This document shows positions 1 to 10,179 of a stretch of DNA of 64,000 bases, one piece after another. Source of the DNA: an uncultured Pseudomonadota bacterium (GTDB taxonomy: Bacteria; Myxococcota_A; Polyangia; Fen-1088); contig CAWKBC010000027.1 in NCBI GenBank assembly GCA_963847705.1, positions 352,001-416,000 on the forward strand. The letters run 5' to 3'. The notes below the pieces were generated by a model. It was not told the DNA's origin and did not search any database. It saw only the letters and a list, made by a program, of their open reading frames with translations. The position numbers and the translations under genes are program-made. The first letter of the stretch is position 1; every line of letters starts with the position of its first letter.

Positions 1-2
1 GC

Positions 3-449
3 GCCGCGGCCTACGAGGTCCATTCTCGGTGGGCCCCCGCGCCGGTGATGCGTCGGGCGGTCGTCTCGGCGCCCGCGGTCGCGAGCGCTCCCGCCGCTCC
101 GCCGCCCGTCGTGGCGGTTCCCGAGTTGCTTTCTGCGCCCGCTCCCGCCCTCGGAGCGCCGGGTTTGTCGTCCTCGGACGCGGCCCGGGCAGAGCTGCAT
201 CTGTTGAGGGAGGCGCGCGCCGCGGTCGCGCGGGGCGACTTCGCGGCCGCGCTGCCCCCGATCGCCGAGCACACCCGCCGATTCAGGAACGGCCGCCTCG
301 TCGAGGAACGCGAGGCGCTGCGCGTGAAGGCGCTGGGGGGCCTCGGCAGAACCGTCGAAGCGCGGCGGGCCGCCGCCGCGTTCCGGGCTCGTTTTCCACG
401 CAGCGTCCTCCTGCCGGCCGTCAGTCAGATGCCAGCCTCGGGACGCTGA
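3..449 (+). CDS. 5'-partial myxobacterial anti-sigma-like protein, C-terminal TPR-like helical domain
   Basis: Frame is open from the window edge. Pro/Ala linker, then ELHLLREARAA...FRNGRLVEEREALRVKAL...FRARFPRSVLL, resembling the C-terminus of 58429..59232. Confidence 0.65.
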   Translation, partial: AAAYEVHSRWAPAPVMRRAVVSAPAVASAPAAPPPVVAVPELLSAPAPALGAPGLSSSDAARAELHLLREARAAVARGDFAAALPPIAEHTRRFRNGRLVEEREALRVKALGGLGRTVEARRAAAAFRARFPRSVLLPAVSQMPASGR

Positions 450-490
450 GCGGGCGTCGGCCCGGTCCTGTGGGGGCGGGGGCCTGCCGA

Positions 491-1180
491 CTACTTGATC
501 GGCTTGATCGGCGGCGCCCCGGCCACCAAGTGTAGCGCGAACAGCAGGCCGGCGCTGGGGTCCGATGCGAGATAGACCGCTCCGCCGATCGCATCGGCGA
601 TGGCGCCGGCCAAGATGAGACCGGCCTCGCCGCGCAACTCGGGCAAGGAGCGGGCGAGCACCAGGTCGAGCCGCGCCTTGCCGACGGCGCCCAGCGCTCC
701 GGCCTCCGGTGCCCTGATCTCCACGATCACCGGCGAGCCGGCCTCCGATCGACGGACCGCCACCGTGACCGCGGCGGGCGTGGGACTCGCCGCCAGCGCA
801 TGCTCGAGCAGAGAGGCGATCGCCGTCGTCAGCGCCGCCGCCGCTCCGACGACGCAGAGATCGGCTGGAATCGACTGCGCGCGCAGCTGCTCGGGCGATC
901 GATCGACCTCGGCGAAGGCATCCGCGCAAGCATCAGCGAGTCGCGTGGAGGCTCCGGTGCCGGCGCTGGCCAGGGCGCGGAGCCGCCCGCCCATCCTGCG
1001 CAGCTCCTCGAGATCGTCTTCGAGGATGGCTTCCGTCTCGGCAGCATCGGCGCCGGTTGCGCCGGCCGTACCGGCCAGAGCGCGCACGCTCGACACGCCC
1101 TGCACGAAGTTGTTGATGTCGTGTGCGACCGCGCCGGCGAGAAGTCCCGTCCAGGCCGCGTTTCTGGTCGACGCGGTCAT
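491..1180 (-). CDS. Sensor-less, degenerate histidine kinase-like protein
   Basis: H-box GAVAHDINN near the N-terminus; HATPase-like C-terminus with eroded N and G boxes; directly downstream of a response regulator. Confidence 0.65.
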   Translation of the reverse strand: MTASTRNAAWTGLLAGAVAHDINNFVQGVSSVRALAGTAGATGADAAETEAILEDDLEELRRMGGRLRALASAGTGASTRLADACADAFAEVDRSPEQLRAQSIPADLCVVGAAAALTTAIASLLEHALAASPTPAAVTVAVRRSEAGSPVIVEIRAPEAGALGAVGKARLDLVLARSLPELRGEAGLILAGAIADAIGGAVYLASDPSAGLLFALHLVAGAPPIKPIK

Positions 1181-1192
1181 CGCCTGGGGCGC

Positions 1193-1879
1193 TCAAGCAC
1201 CGAGAGGTGCCTTGTCGTCGATGTCCATCAGGTTGTGGGCGAGCGCGTAGCGAACGAGGTCGGAGCGTCGGCTCAGGCCCAGCTTTTGGGACAACCGCGC
1301 CCGGTAGGTCTCGACGCTCTTCACGCTCACGGCGAGGCGCGCTGCGACCTCCTTGTTCGTGAAGCCCAGCGTGAGGTCGCGCAGCACCCGGGTCTCGCGC
1401 GGGCTCAGTCGGTCGAAGGCCGTTTCGGGGCCTGACGGCAGGGGTTGAGGTGGCCGCAGCACCTCGTTCAGGGCCGCGCCTGCCAGCGTCGGATCGACGT
1501 AGGTGCGTCCCTGGAGCACGGCACGGATCGCGGTGACCACCTCTCGACTGGCCGCTTGCTTCAAGATGAACCCCGAAGCGCCGGCGAGGAGCGCGACGCG
1601 AAGATACTCCGGGTCGTCGTGCATCGTGAGGATCAGGATCCGCGTGGCGAGTCCCGCCTTTCGAATTTCGCGCAGAGCCGCGATCCCGCCGCCGCCCGGC
1701 ATGGAGACATCGAGCAGCAGAAGGTCCGGTCGGGCGGTGGAGACCTGCTCGATCGTCGTTGCGACGTTCGCCGCTTCGCCCACGATCTCCAGGTCGGGCT
1801 CGCTTTCAATGGCACGCCGGAGCCCGTCACGCACCAGCGCGTGATCGTCAGCCAATACGATGCGTGCCTTTCTGTTCAC
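1193..1879 (-). CDS. NarL/LuxR-family response regulator
   Basis: REC domain (LADDH, LLLDVSMP, FILK) plus LuxR HTH (LSPRE...GFTNKEVA...VKSVETYRARL). Confidence 0.95.
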   Translation of the reverse strand: MNRKARIVLADDHALVRDGLRRAIESEPDLEIVGEAANVATTIEQVSTARPDLLLLDVSMPGGGGIAALREIRKAGLATRILILTMHDDPEYLRVALLAGASGFILKQAASREVVTAIRAVLQGRTYVDPTLAGAALNEVLRPPQPLPSGPETAFDRLSPRETRVLRDLTLGFTNKEVAARLAVSVKSVETYRARLSQKLGLSRRSDLVRYALAHNLMDIDDKAPLGA

Positions 1880-2015
1880 GTTCGTTGTCAGGAAAACCCC
1901 GACAGCGGCCCGGGGTCAAGGGGATATTCCCCGATAGGCGCGGCCGCCTCAACTGGGCAGAGTCACCCCGGAGGCTTTGATGAACCAGCAGCGGAGCGGG
2001 GGGAAGGCGATCAGC

Positions 2016-2201
2016 ATGTTCACCGGCGTGAAGGTCTTTTCCGCGACGATGGCGCATGACCGCGAGATCTTGGGAGACAAGGTCATGGCCTGGATCCAGA
2101 AAAACCCCAGCAGGCAGATCGTCCAGACGGTCGTCACCCAGTCTTCGGACCAGGCGTTTCACTGCCTCGCGATCACGGTCTTCTTCTCGGAGAAGGCCTA
2201 G
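2016..2201 (+). CDS. Small conserved myxobacterial-type hypothetical protein
   Basis: MFTGVKVFSATMAHDRE...VTQSSDQAFHCLAITVFF; coding-like codon use; start could be 1977. Confidence 0.75.
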   Translation: MFTGVKVFSATMAHDREILGDKVMAWIQKNPSRQIVQTVVTQSSDQAFHCLAITVFFSEKA

Positions 2202-2263
2202 CCCCTCCCGCTCCCGCTGGGGAGAACGCGCCGAACGCCTCCAGTCGGGGTATAGTTTGGGGG

Positions 2264-2494
2264 ATGAGCGAAACCGACAAGAGAAAACAGAGTCTCTACT
2301 TTCCGGAGGCGATGCTGAAGGAGATCAGCGCGGAGGCGACGCGGCAAGATCGCTCCCTCTCCTGGATCGTGCAGAAGGCCTGGAAAGCGGCGCGCAAAGA
2401 GTTCAAGAACATTCCGTCCGTCGATGACGCTCCGGGCGGCGACAACCTGGCGCAGGACAAGCAAGACAAGCAGGACAAGGAAGACAAGAAGTAG
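2264..2494 (+). CDS. TIGR04563-like (MXAN_4361/4362) ribbon-helix-helix small protein
   Basis: DKRKQSLYFPEAMLKEI...RQDRSLSWIVQKAWK matches the family pattern as recalled. Confidence 0.85.
   Translation: MSETDKRKQSLYFPEAMLKEISAEATRQDRSLSWIVQKAWKAARKEFKNIPSVDDAPGGDNLAQDKQDKQDKEDKK
2453..2488 (+). repeat. 9-nt coding tandem repeat x4 (QDK/EDK)
   Basis: caggacaag caagacaag caggacaag gaagacaag. Confidence 0.8.
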
Positions 2495-2524
2495 CGGGGG
2501 CTGGCGCCGGCGGCCGTCGCCGGA

Positions 2525-5500
2525 CTAGGAGGCCGCCGCTTCGTCCGGCCGACCGGCCTTCAGCTCGGCCAGGAGGCCGATGAGCTCGTCGACGTTAACC
2601 GGCTTCACCAGGTGCTCGTCGAAGCCGGCCTCTCGCCCGCGCGCCCGCTCGGAGGCCTGTCCATAGCCGGTCAGAGCGATGAGGAACAGGCCGGCGTGGC
2701 GCGGATCCGCCCGCAGCCGTCGCGCCATCTCGAACCCGTCCATGCCCGGGAGCCCGACGTCGAGGACGGCGACGTCGGGGAGGATCTCGTCGATCAGGGC
2801 AAGCCCTTCGGACCCATTCTCCGCCGTCCGACAGGCGAATCCCTCCTGGGAGAGCAGCTCGCACAGGGCTTCGCGGCTGTCAGCCTGATCTTCGACGATC
2901 ACGATCGTGGCTCCCTCGCGCAGCGACGCGCGGACGGGGCGGGCGGAGCTGGCGGGCGGCTCGGGCGCCGTGTCCCGTTTGTTCGAGAGCGGAAGCCGCA
3001 CCACGAACTCGCAGCCTTTGCCTTCCCCATCGCTGTGCACCTGCACGGTCCCCCCGTGCATGTTGACGAGCGAGCGCACCAGGGTGAGGCCCACGCCCAA
3101 CCCACCCCCCGAACGGTCGAGCGTCCGCTTCGATTGGACGAAGAGCTCGAACACCGACTCGGCCATCTCCGGGGGGAGGCCGACGCCGTCATCCTTGAGA
3201 CGAAACAGGGCCGCGCCGTCTTCTTCTCCGACCAGCAAGCTGACGTGACCACCCTTGGGGGTGTACTTGGCGGCATTGTTGAGGAGGTTGACCTGAATTT
3301 GCTGGAGGCGAGAGGGATCGGCCTCGATCCAGAGCGGCTCGCCGTCGAGATCGACGGTGAAGGTGAGTCCGCGAGACTCGAAGAGGCCACGCGCCGAGTC
3401 GGCGGCCTCGCGCGCGGCGGAGCGCAGATCGATCGCGCGCCGCTTGAGCGCGATCTTGTTCTGCGTGACCCGGCTGGCCTCCAGGAGGTCGTCGAGGAGC
3501 GCGGCCATCTGCGCGGACTGCCGCTCGAGGATGCCCAGAAATCGCGGGGTGTTGGCGGCCGCGCGCGGCGATTTCAAGAGGGCGGTGGCCGTCACGATGG
3601 CGCCCAGCGGGTTGCGCAGCTCGTGCGAGAGCATCGCCAGGAACTGGTCGCGTCGTCGGACGCTGTCCTGGATCTTCAGGTCGGCCAGCTTCTGCTCCGT
3701 GACATCGCGGAAGATCGCGGCCATGCCGACCAGAGCGCCGACCCGATCCCGCAGCGGGAGCCTGGTCACCAGGTCCCATCGCTCGGGCGCGCCGGGCCCC
3801 TGCGGAACGCTCCGCTCCAGCTTGTAGTGATGGGTCTCGCCCGTCCGGAGGACGACCTCGTCCTTCCGATGGAGCTCGAGGGCCAGCTCTTGATTGGGAA
3901 GCTCCAGCGCCGTCTTGCCGACGGCGGCGGCCGGATCCGCCAGGCCCAGCCGGGTGGCCATCGCGTCGTTGGCGCGGATGAACCGCCCGCGCTGATCCTT
4001 GAAGTAGATCGCGTCCGGAGTGGAGGCGAGGAGGCTGTTGAGCAGGTAGCGCTCGTGGAAGAGGGCGTCCTCGGCAGACTTGAGGCCGCTGACGTCGATG
4101 AGCGTGAGGACCACGCCGGCGATCGACCCCTTGGCCCGGTAGGGGAGGATTCGCGAGAAGAAGGCCTTTCCGTCGACCTCGCCCAGCTCGCGCTCGACCG
4201 GCTGGCCGGTCTTGAGGACACGATTGAGATCCTCGACCAGCTCGGGGTGCTCCATCCGGTGCGCGAAGGTCTCGATGGTCCGGCCCACGTCGTGCGGGAC
4301 CAGGCTGAAGGTCTTGGCGATCTGCGGCGTGAACTTGCGGATCTTGAGCTCCGCGTCGAGGAAGATGGTCCCGATCTCCGTGCTGGCCAGGAGGTTGTCC
4401 ATGTCGTTCGTCAGCTCGGTCAGCTCGCCGATCTTGCGCTGGTACTCGGCGTTGACGGTGTAGAGCTCCTCGTTGACGCTCTGGAGCTCTTCGTTCGTGC
4501 TCTGGAGCTCCTCGTTGGACGTCTGCAGCTCTTCGTTGCTGGCCTGGAGCTCCTCGTTGCTCGTCTCCAGCTCCTCGATCGCCGACTGGAGGCTCTCCTT
4601 GGTGTGCGCGAGCTCGGCCTCGAGGGCGCGCAGCCGATCGCGGGAGACCTGGTCGATCTCCACCTCGGTCTCGGACGGCGGCCTGGCCGCGGCCGTCGGC
4701 TCCGTCTGCTCGAACGAGACCAGCAGGTGGGGGGCTCCGCCCCCCCGGCTGCCGATGCGCTGAATGGTGACCTTGTAGGCCTGCTCGCTCTCTCGTTCGG
4801 AGACCCGAACGTCCCGGTAGACGATGGTCCCTGGCTCGACGATGGCCCGCTTGAGGCCGCCCACCAGGACCATCTTCAGCTCGGGCTCCACCAGCTCGAG
4901 GACGTCGAGCCCCTGGCGACCGTCACGCGTGGCGCAAGAAAGCGCTCGCCCCGCCGAAGGCGTGAACCAGCTCGCCGCGTTCGTTGACGAGGAGGCTCGG
5001 GCGGCATGGTACCGCTCGAGGAGGGCGTCGTAGGTGCCGAGGAGCTGGGAGAGCGAGTAGCGTCGCCGCCGCGGGTTGAAAGCGGGGGCAGGGCGGGGCG
5101 GGCCGTCGTCGATGACGGCTGCAATCGCGCGTCGACCTGGATGCGGGTGTCGCTGTATTTCGGTAGACGCGCCAGTGCTTGTCGAGCGTCTCGTAGCCCG
5201 CTGCCAGAGGGCCGACCGTTCTCGCTCGGCCCCAGGAAGAGGAATCCGTTCCGGTTGAGCGCGAAGTGAAACAGCGAGAGCACCTTCTGCTGCGCGGCCG
5301 GCTGCAGGTAGATGAGGAGGTTGCGGCAGGTGATGAGATCGACGCGGGTGAAGGGCGCGTCCTTGATGACGTTGTGCTGCGCGAAGACGATCCGCTGGCG
5401 CAGCTCGGGGACGACCTGGTAGCGCTCGCCGATCCGCGTGAAGTAACGCGCCAGGCGCTCCTGCGGAGACGCCGGCCAGAGCCTCCTGCGTCGTAGATGG

Positions 5501-6599
5501 CCCGGGTGGCGTGCTCGAGCGAGCCCCGGTGCACGTCGGTCGCGAAGATCTTGATCGGGCGCTCACCCCGCGTGGCCATCAGATCCTCGCAGCAGGATGG
5601 CCAGCGAGTAGGCCTCTTCGCCCGTCGCGCAGCCGGCGACCCAGAGACGCAGCGGGGCCTCGCGCGGCTGGCGCGCCAGCAGGTCGGGGAGGACCTGGTT
5701 CTCGAGGACCTGCGAAGGCCTGCTCGTCGCGGAAGAAGCGCGTCACCTCGATGAGCAGATCGCGATAGAGAACGTCGAGCTCGCCGCGATCGGATTTCAA
5801 CCGCCGGATGTATTCGTCGATGTCCGCCGAACGGGCCAGGGCCAGCCGCCGCTCGATGCGCCGGGTGACGGTGCTCGGCTTGTAGTGCGTGAAGTCGATC
5901 CCGTACTCCTCCTGCAACATCCGATAGACCTCGACCACCGTGGCATTGCCGGCCGGGGCCTCGGTCACCGGCACCCGCTTCGAGGCCGCGGAGCGGCCCG
6001 CCGTGTGCTCCAACAGAACCCGGGGCATGTCGGAGGGGGAGAGGACCCAGTCGGCCAGGCCCGAGTCGGCCGCCGTCCGCGGCATCCCGTCGAACTGGGC
6101 GCTCTCGACGTCCTGGACGATCACCATCCCGCCGGCCTCGTGCACGTCGCGGATCCCGCGCGACCCGTCGCTGCCGCCGCCCGAGAGAACGACCGCCACC
6201 GCCCGCGCGCCACAGTCCTGGGCCAGCGAGCGAAAGAAGATGTCGATCGGCAGCGTCCGTTCCTGATGCCGCTCCTGCTCACTCAGCAGGAGGCGGCCGC
6301 CGGAGATGATCATCTCGTTCTTCGGGCGGGATCAGATAGACGTGCTCCGCCTCGACCGGCATCCCGTTCTCCACGAGGTGAATCGGCAACTCGGTATGAC
6401 GGGCCAGGAGCTCGTCCATCATGCTCCTGAAGTCGGGCGAGAGGTGCTGAACGATGACGAACGCCAGGCCCGTCTCCCGGGGCAGGTTGTCGAAGAAGCG
6501 TTCGATGGCTTCGAGCCCGCCGGCGGAGGCGCCGATCCCCACGACGTGGGAGGGGGAGCGGGACAATCCGAAGGCCACGTTTGTCCTCGGGCTATCCAT
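2525..6599 (-). pseudogene. CheB-CheR-PAS hybrid histidine kinase with receiver; several frameshifts at ~4900-6330, probably assembly errors
   Basis: CheB motifs GIGASAGG, IVQHLSPD, VLSGGGSDG; CheR motifs DFTHYK and [15 protein letters not shown] lie in shifted frames; NEELQS coiled coil; PAS; MLSHELRNPL; GGLGVGL; C-terminal REC. Confidence 0.85.
4451..4576 (-). repeat. 21-nt heptad coding repeat x6 (EELQSxN coiled coil)
   Basis: EELETSNEELQASNEELQTSNEELQSTNEELQSVNEELYTVN, typical of CheBR fusions. Confidence 0.85.
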
Positions 6600-6810
6600 T
6601 TTCCCGGAGGTTAAGCATCGCTCATGCGGAGGGAATGGCCCTTCATGCTTGCTTGAGCGTTGAGGCTAGTTTGTGGCGGCAGGCCCAAAAAAGATGGGGC
6701 GAAACCGGGGCGGCGCTCCGCTCCCCCCCCTTGCGCGCTCATCCGCTCGAATTAGGTTTCGTCCGCCGTGCTCTGTCGAGCGTCGGCGGTCAGGGCGACC
6801 AATCCCCGCG

Positions 6811-7029
6811 ATGAAATCTCCACCGAAGAACCGACACGCCGTCGCCTTGGGGCGGCTCGGTGGGGAGAAGGGCGGCCCGGCGCGCGCCAAGGCGCTGAGC
6901 GCCCGGCGCCGGCGGGAGATCGCCACGCGGGCAGGGCTGGCGCGGGCGGGCTCGCTCACCGCCGAAGAGCGAAAGGCCCTCGCCCGGCGGGCGGCGCTGG
7001 CCCGCTGGGCGCAGCGCCCCCCCAGCTAG
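6811..7029 (+). CDS. Small basic Ala/Arg-rich protein (KNxxAVALGRxGGxKGG type)
   Basis: KNRHAVALGRLGGEKGGPARAKALS...ARW with an internal duplicated helix. Confidence 0.7.
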   Translation: MKSPPKNRHAVALGRLGGEKGGPARAKALSARRRREIATRAGLARAGSLTAEERKALARRAALARWAQRPPS

Positions 7030-7094
7030 GAAATGAGTCAGGAAGAGCGGGCGAGCACCCGCGCCGCCCAGGGGCGACGCGGGTGCGCCCAGTT

Positions 7095-7580
7095 TTACAG
7101 GTGCGGGGCGGTCTCCGTTTCGGAGGGGATTGCTTCGCGCGGATTCCCGTCCTCCAGGAGCTCGTCGCGGGTCTCTTCCATCGCCTCGGCGATGGCCTCC
7201 AGCGTCTCCTCGTCGAACAGCTTCTCCACCTTGGGGAAAAGCTCTTTCTCTTCCTCTCCCACGTGATGCTGCACGTCCTCCTCCAGCACCGTCACCTTGG
7301 CCTCGAACGTCGGGTCCTTTGCCTCCAGGGCCAGGAGGTCGGCGATCACCCGCTTGATCTCCAGGTGCTCCTCCAGTGATTCGAGCAGCAGATCCTCCGT
7401 GGCCTTCTTCTTCACCGAGGGATAGAAGTGTTTCTCCTCGATCGTCGCATGGACCGCCAGCGCGTCGGCGATCTGCTCGAAGATCTTTCGCTGCGGACCC
7501 GCTGATTTTGCCTTCTTGAACTGGGCAAACAGCGCCTCGACCTCACGGTGCTGCTGCTTCAACATCTCGATCGCGTTCAT
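7095..7580 (-). CDS. Hemerythrin/HHE cation-binding domain protein
   Basis: MNAIEMLKQQHREV...HATIEEKHFYP...EEH...HHVGEEEKELFP; purine-rich RBS upstream. Confidence 0.9.
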   Translation of the reverse strand: MNAIEMLKQQHREVEALFAQFKKAKSAGPQRKIFEQIADALAVHATIEEKHFYPSVKKKATEDLLLESLEEHLEIKRVIADLLALEAKDPTFEAKVTVLEEDVQHHVGEEEKELFPKVEKLFDEETLEAIAEAMEETRDELLEDGNPREAIPSETETAPHL

Positions 7581-7771
7581 TTGTTCCCCCCTCAGGATTC
7601 CCCTGAATCTGTCTGGATGGCTCCAACGTAGGTCCGGAGATTCCCGAGACGAGGAGAAAACGACGATGGCGGGCCAGAACGCTCCGGCCGCCTCGACGAT
7701 CTGGTCGAATTTACGCTCGAGTTGCACCGTTCGCGTGGACAACCGCCAGCTCGTGCACAGGTTCGGCGCTC

Positions 7772-8803
7772 ATGCCACGGAACGCGGGGCCAGCGAAGGG
7801 GAATCCTCTGTCAGCCCCTGCGCTGTTGCGGTCACTTCCACGGGCCTGGGACCAGCGGCCGATCTGGGCGCAGCTCAACATTACCTGGCGCTGCAACCTC
7901 GACTGCTCGTACTGCACCGAATACGACAACGACAAAGGGGACGTCCCGTACGAGGAGCTCATTCGCCGGATCGACAAGTGCCGGGAGCTCGGCGTTTTGC
8001 ACACCGATCTCATCGGCGGGGAGCCCCTCCTGCACCCCGATCTGGTTCGGCTCTTTCAGCAGATAAAAGCGCGCGGCATGACCAGCGGGATGACCACCAA
8101 CGGATTCCTGCTCACGGAGGACAAACTGGATCGGCTGTTGGAGGCCGGTCTCGGACGACTGCAGATCTCGGTCGACCGTCTCCGTCCGACCCGCGGGACA
8201 CCCAAATCGCTCAAGACCCTCAAGGGTAAGATCGACCTCTGCGCGGGCCGCCCGATCTGGTTTCGGGTGAACACCGTCCTTTGCGACGAGACCCTGGACG
8301 AGGTCGAGGAGGTGGCCGGCTTCTGTTTCGAGCGCGGCGTCGGCGTCAACTTCTCGGTCGTCCACGAGCGCGGCCGGCTGCGGCGGCGGCTCAACAACGG
8401 TCGATATCTGGAGAAGATTCGTTGGCTGCGCGCCGAGAAGCAGGCCGGGCGCCCGGTGGCGACCCCGTTCTTCCTGCTCGATTACTACGAACAGACGCTC
8501 TCCGGTGCCCCGCCAGACTGGACCTGCATGGCAGGGCAGAAGTGCTTCTACGTCGCGCCGGACGGCGGCTTCCACTACTGCGCGCACGTGCCGCCGGCGG
8601 GCGACTTTGCCACCGTCACCGCTGCCGACCTGGTGCTCGGGGGAGCAATGAAGGGGTGCGAGGCCAACTGTGGCGTCGACTGCGTGGTGCACACGTCGCT
8701 CCCCTACTCGAGCCTGGGCGCCGTGCTCACCTCGGAGATCGGCGCCCGCGTCGGCGCCGTCGTCGGTTCCGTCAAGGACGACCTGCTTCGGCGGCTCCCC
8801 TGA
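7772..8803 (+). CDS. Radical SAM protein with Cys-rich SPASM/twitch-like C-terminus
   Basis: CNLDCSYC, GGEPLLHPD, TTNGFLL; C-terminal CMAG..C..YC...CEANCGVDC. Confidence 0.9.
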   Translation: MPRNAGPAKGNPLSAPALLRSLPRAWDQRPIWAQLNITWRCNLDCSYCTEYDNDKGDVPYEELIRRIDKCRELGVLHTDLIGGEPLLHPDLVRLFQQIKARGMTSGMTTNGFLLTEDKLDRLLEAGLGRLQISVDRLRPTRGTPKSLKTLKGKIDLCAGRPIWFRVNTVLCDETLDEVEEVAGFCFERGVGVNFSVVHERGRLRRRLNNGRYLEKIRWLRAEKQAGRPVATPFFLLDYYEQTLSGAPPDWTCMAGQKCFYVAPDGGFHYCAHVPPAGDFATVTAADLVLGGAMKGCEANCGVDCVVHTSLPYSSLGAVLTSEIGARVGAVVGSVKDDLLRRLP

Positions 8804-9200
8804 AGACGAACCAACGATTGAGGGGATAGTTCCAGCCCAGATAAACTGCCGTCGCGATCACCAGCTTCGAGGCCGGGTAGGGCAGTCTTCCGAATCGGGT
8901 CAAGAGCCAGACCCCCAGCGTGTGTAAGGCCGAGGCCCCGGCCTGGACCACCACGAAACGTCCGAACGCGGGAATGGCCGGTGAGCCGCGCGCGCCGAAC
9001 GCCCATTGCTTGTTGATCGCGAAGTTGCTCAGCGAGCCGACGACAGTCCCGATCCAGGTCGACAGGACGTAACCGAGGCCGGCGAGCTCGGTCAGGCCGA
9101 TCAGCGTCCCGAAGTCGAGGGCGGTCGTCAGCAGTGACGTGAGGACGCTGCGCCCAAAGATGGCTCTCCCGTTGCCTCCGCGCGCGGGGTCGAGGTGCAC
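8772..9200 (-). CDS. GtrA-family membrane protein
   Basis: Four TM helices, TALDFG, NFAINKQWAF, NYPLNRWFVF; start uncertain. Confidence 0.85.
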   Translation of the reverse strand: MHLDPARGGNGRAIFGRSVLTSLLTTALDFGTLIGLTELAGLGYVLSTWIGTVVGSLSNFAINKQWAFGARGSPAIPAFGRFVVVQAGASALHTLGVWLLTRFGRLPYPASKLVIATAVYLGWNYPLNRWFVFRGAAEAGRP

Positions 9201-9356
9201 CTCTCCAGGGTAGCGTGGCGGAGCCGGTTGAACAGACCGCCGCCGCTGTTATTCCCGCCGACAGCTCTGGCCCTGGCCCACGCCGTGATCACGCAATGGC
9301 GAGCCGAGCGCGATTCGTGCGAGACTCAGCCACTTCCAAAGGAGAGCGACGCAAAA

Positions 9357-10064
9357 ATGCAGATCAAAGGTCCGGGGCTCGGGTGTGTGATGGCAATCGT
9401 GGCGCTGGTCGGCTGCGGCAGCAGCAGCGGGACTGGCGGCACGGGAGGGAGCACCGGCAGCGGTGGCGCCGGGAGCGGCAAAGGCGGCACCACGGGGGGA
9501 GGCGGCGCGTTCACCACCAGCGTTCCCGCCGGTACCAAGGTGACCGGCTTGACCACCGCGCAGGCCGCCCAGCTCTGCAACGACATCGAGAGCTACTTCG
9601 ACAACACCTTTCTGCCGTCCCTGTGCCAGGCCACGTCGTCGCTGCCTGGGCTGGAGGACGCCTATCTCGACCTGCTCCAGAATCCCACGGCGAGCAATGC
9701 CGAGTTGCAGACCGTCTGTGCCAGTGACGCGCAGGACGGCGGCTGTTCGGACTTCGTCGATGCCGGCACCGACAGCTGCGACATTTCGAGTGTGCCCTCG
9801 ACGTGCGAGGCGACCGTTGGTGACTACTCCAAGTGCATCAACGATATGACCACCACCGACGTGCAGTTTTACGCTTCGCTTCCGAGCTGCAGCACGCTGA
9901 CCGCTGCGAGCCTCCAGGCGTTTTTCGAGGCGGACGGCGGCTCCAGCTTCGACGCGCCGGAACCGGCGAGCTGCTCGAAGTTCGATTCGACCTGCGACGT
10001 CGACGGTGGCTCCGGGGCCATCTCGAACATGAGCCGTAGGATGATGCCCAAGCGAAGAAGGTAA
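9357..10064 (+). CDS. Cys-rich hypothetical lipoprotein with Gly/Thr linker
   Basis: Lipobox ALVGC, GTGG linker, multiple Cys; AAGGAG upstream. Confidence 0.75.
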   Translation: MQIKGPGLGCVMAIVALVGCGSSSGTGGTGGSTGSGGAGSGKGGTTGGGGAFTTSVPAGTKVTGLTTAQAAQLCNDIESYFDNTFLPSLCQATSSLPGLEDAYLDLLQNPTASNAELQTVCASDAQDGGCSDFVDAGTDSCDISSVPSTCEATVGDYSKCINDMTTTDVQFYASLPSCSTLTAASLQAFFEADGGSSFDAPEPASCSKFDSTCDVDGGSGAISNMSRRMMPKRRR

Positions 10065-10179
10065 ACCCCGCCAGATCGCCCCTGGCGAGAGGGCACGAAG
10101 ATTCCAATCCGCCGATGGTCTCGGCGGGGCGGAAGGGAAGATCGCGCGGCGGGCGGCGACAAATGGTATTAGGAATTCC

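Noticed and set aside
6636-6653. TGGC...TTGCT sigma54-like sequence
   Set aside because: The spacer is 9 nt rather than the required 7.
10066-10092. Hairpin CGCCAG-N7-CTGGCG after the lipoprotein stop codon
   Set aside because: No U-tract and a short stem in GC-rich DNA; insufficient to call a terminator.
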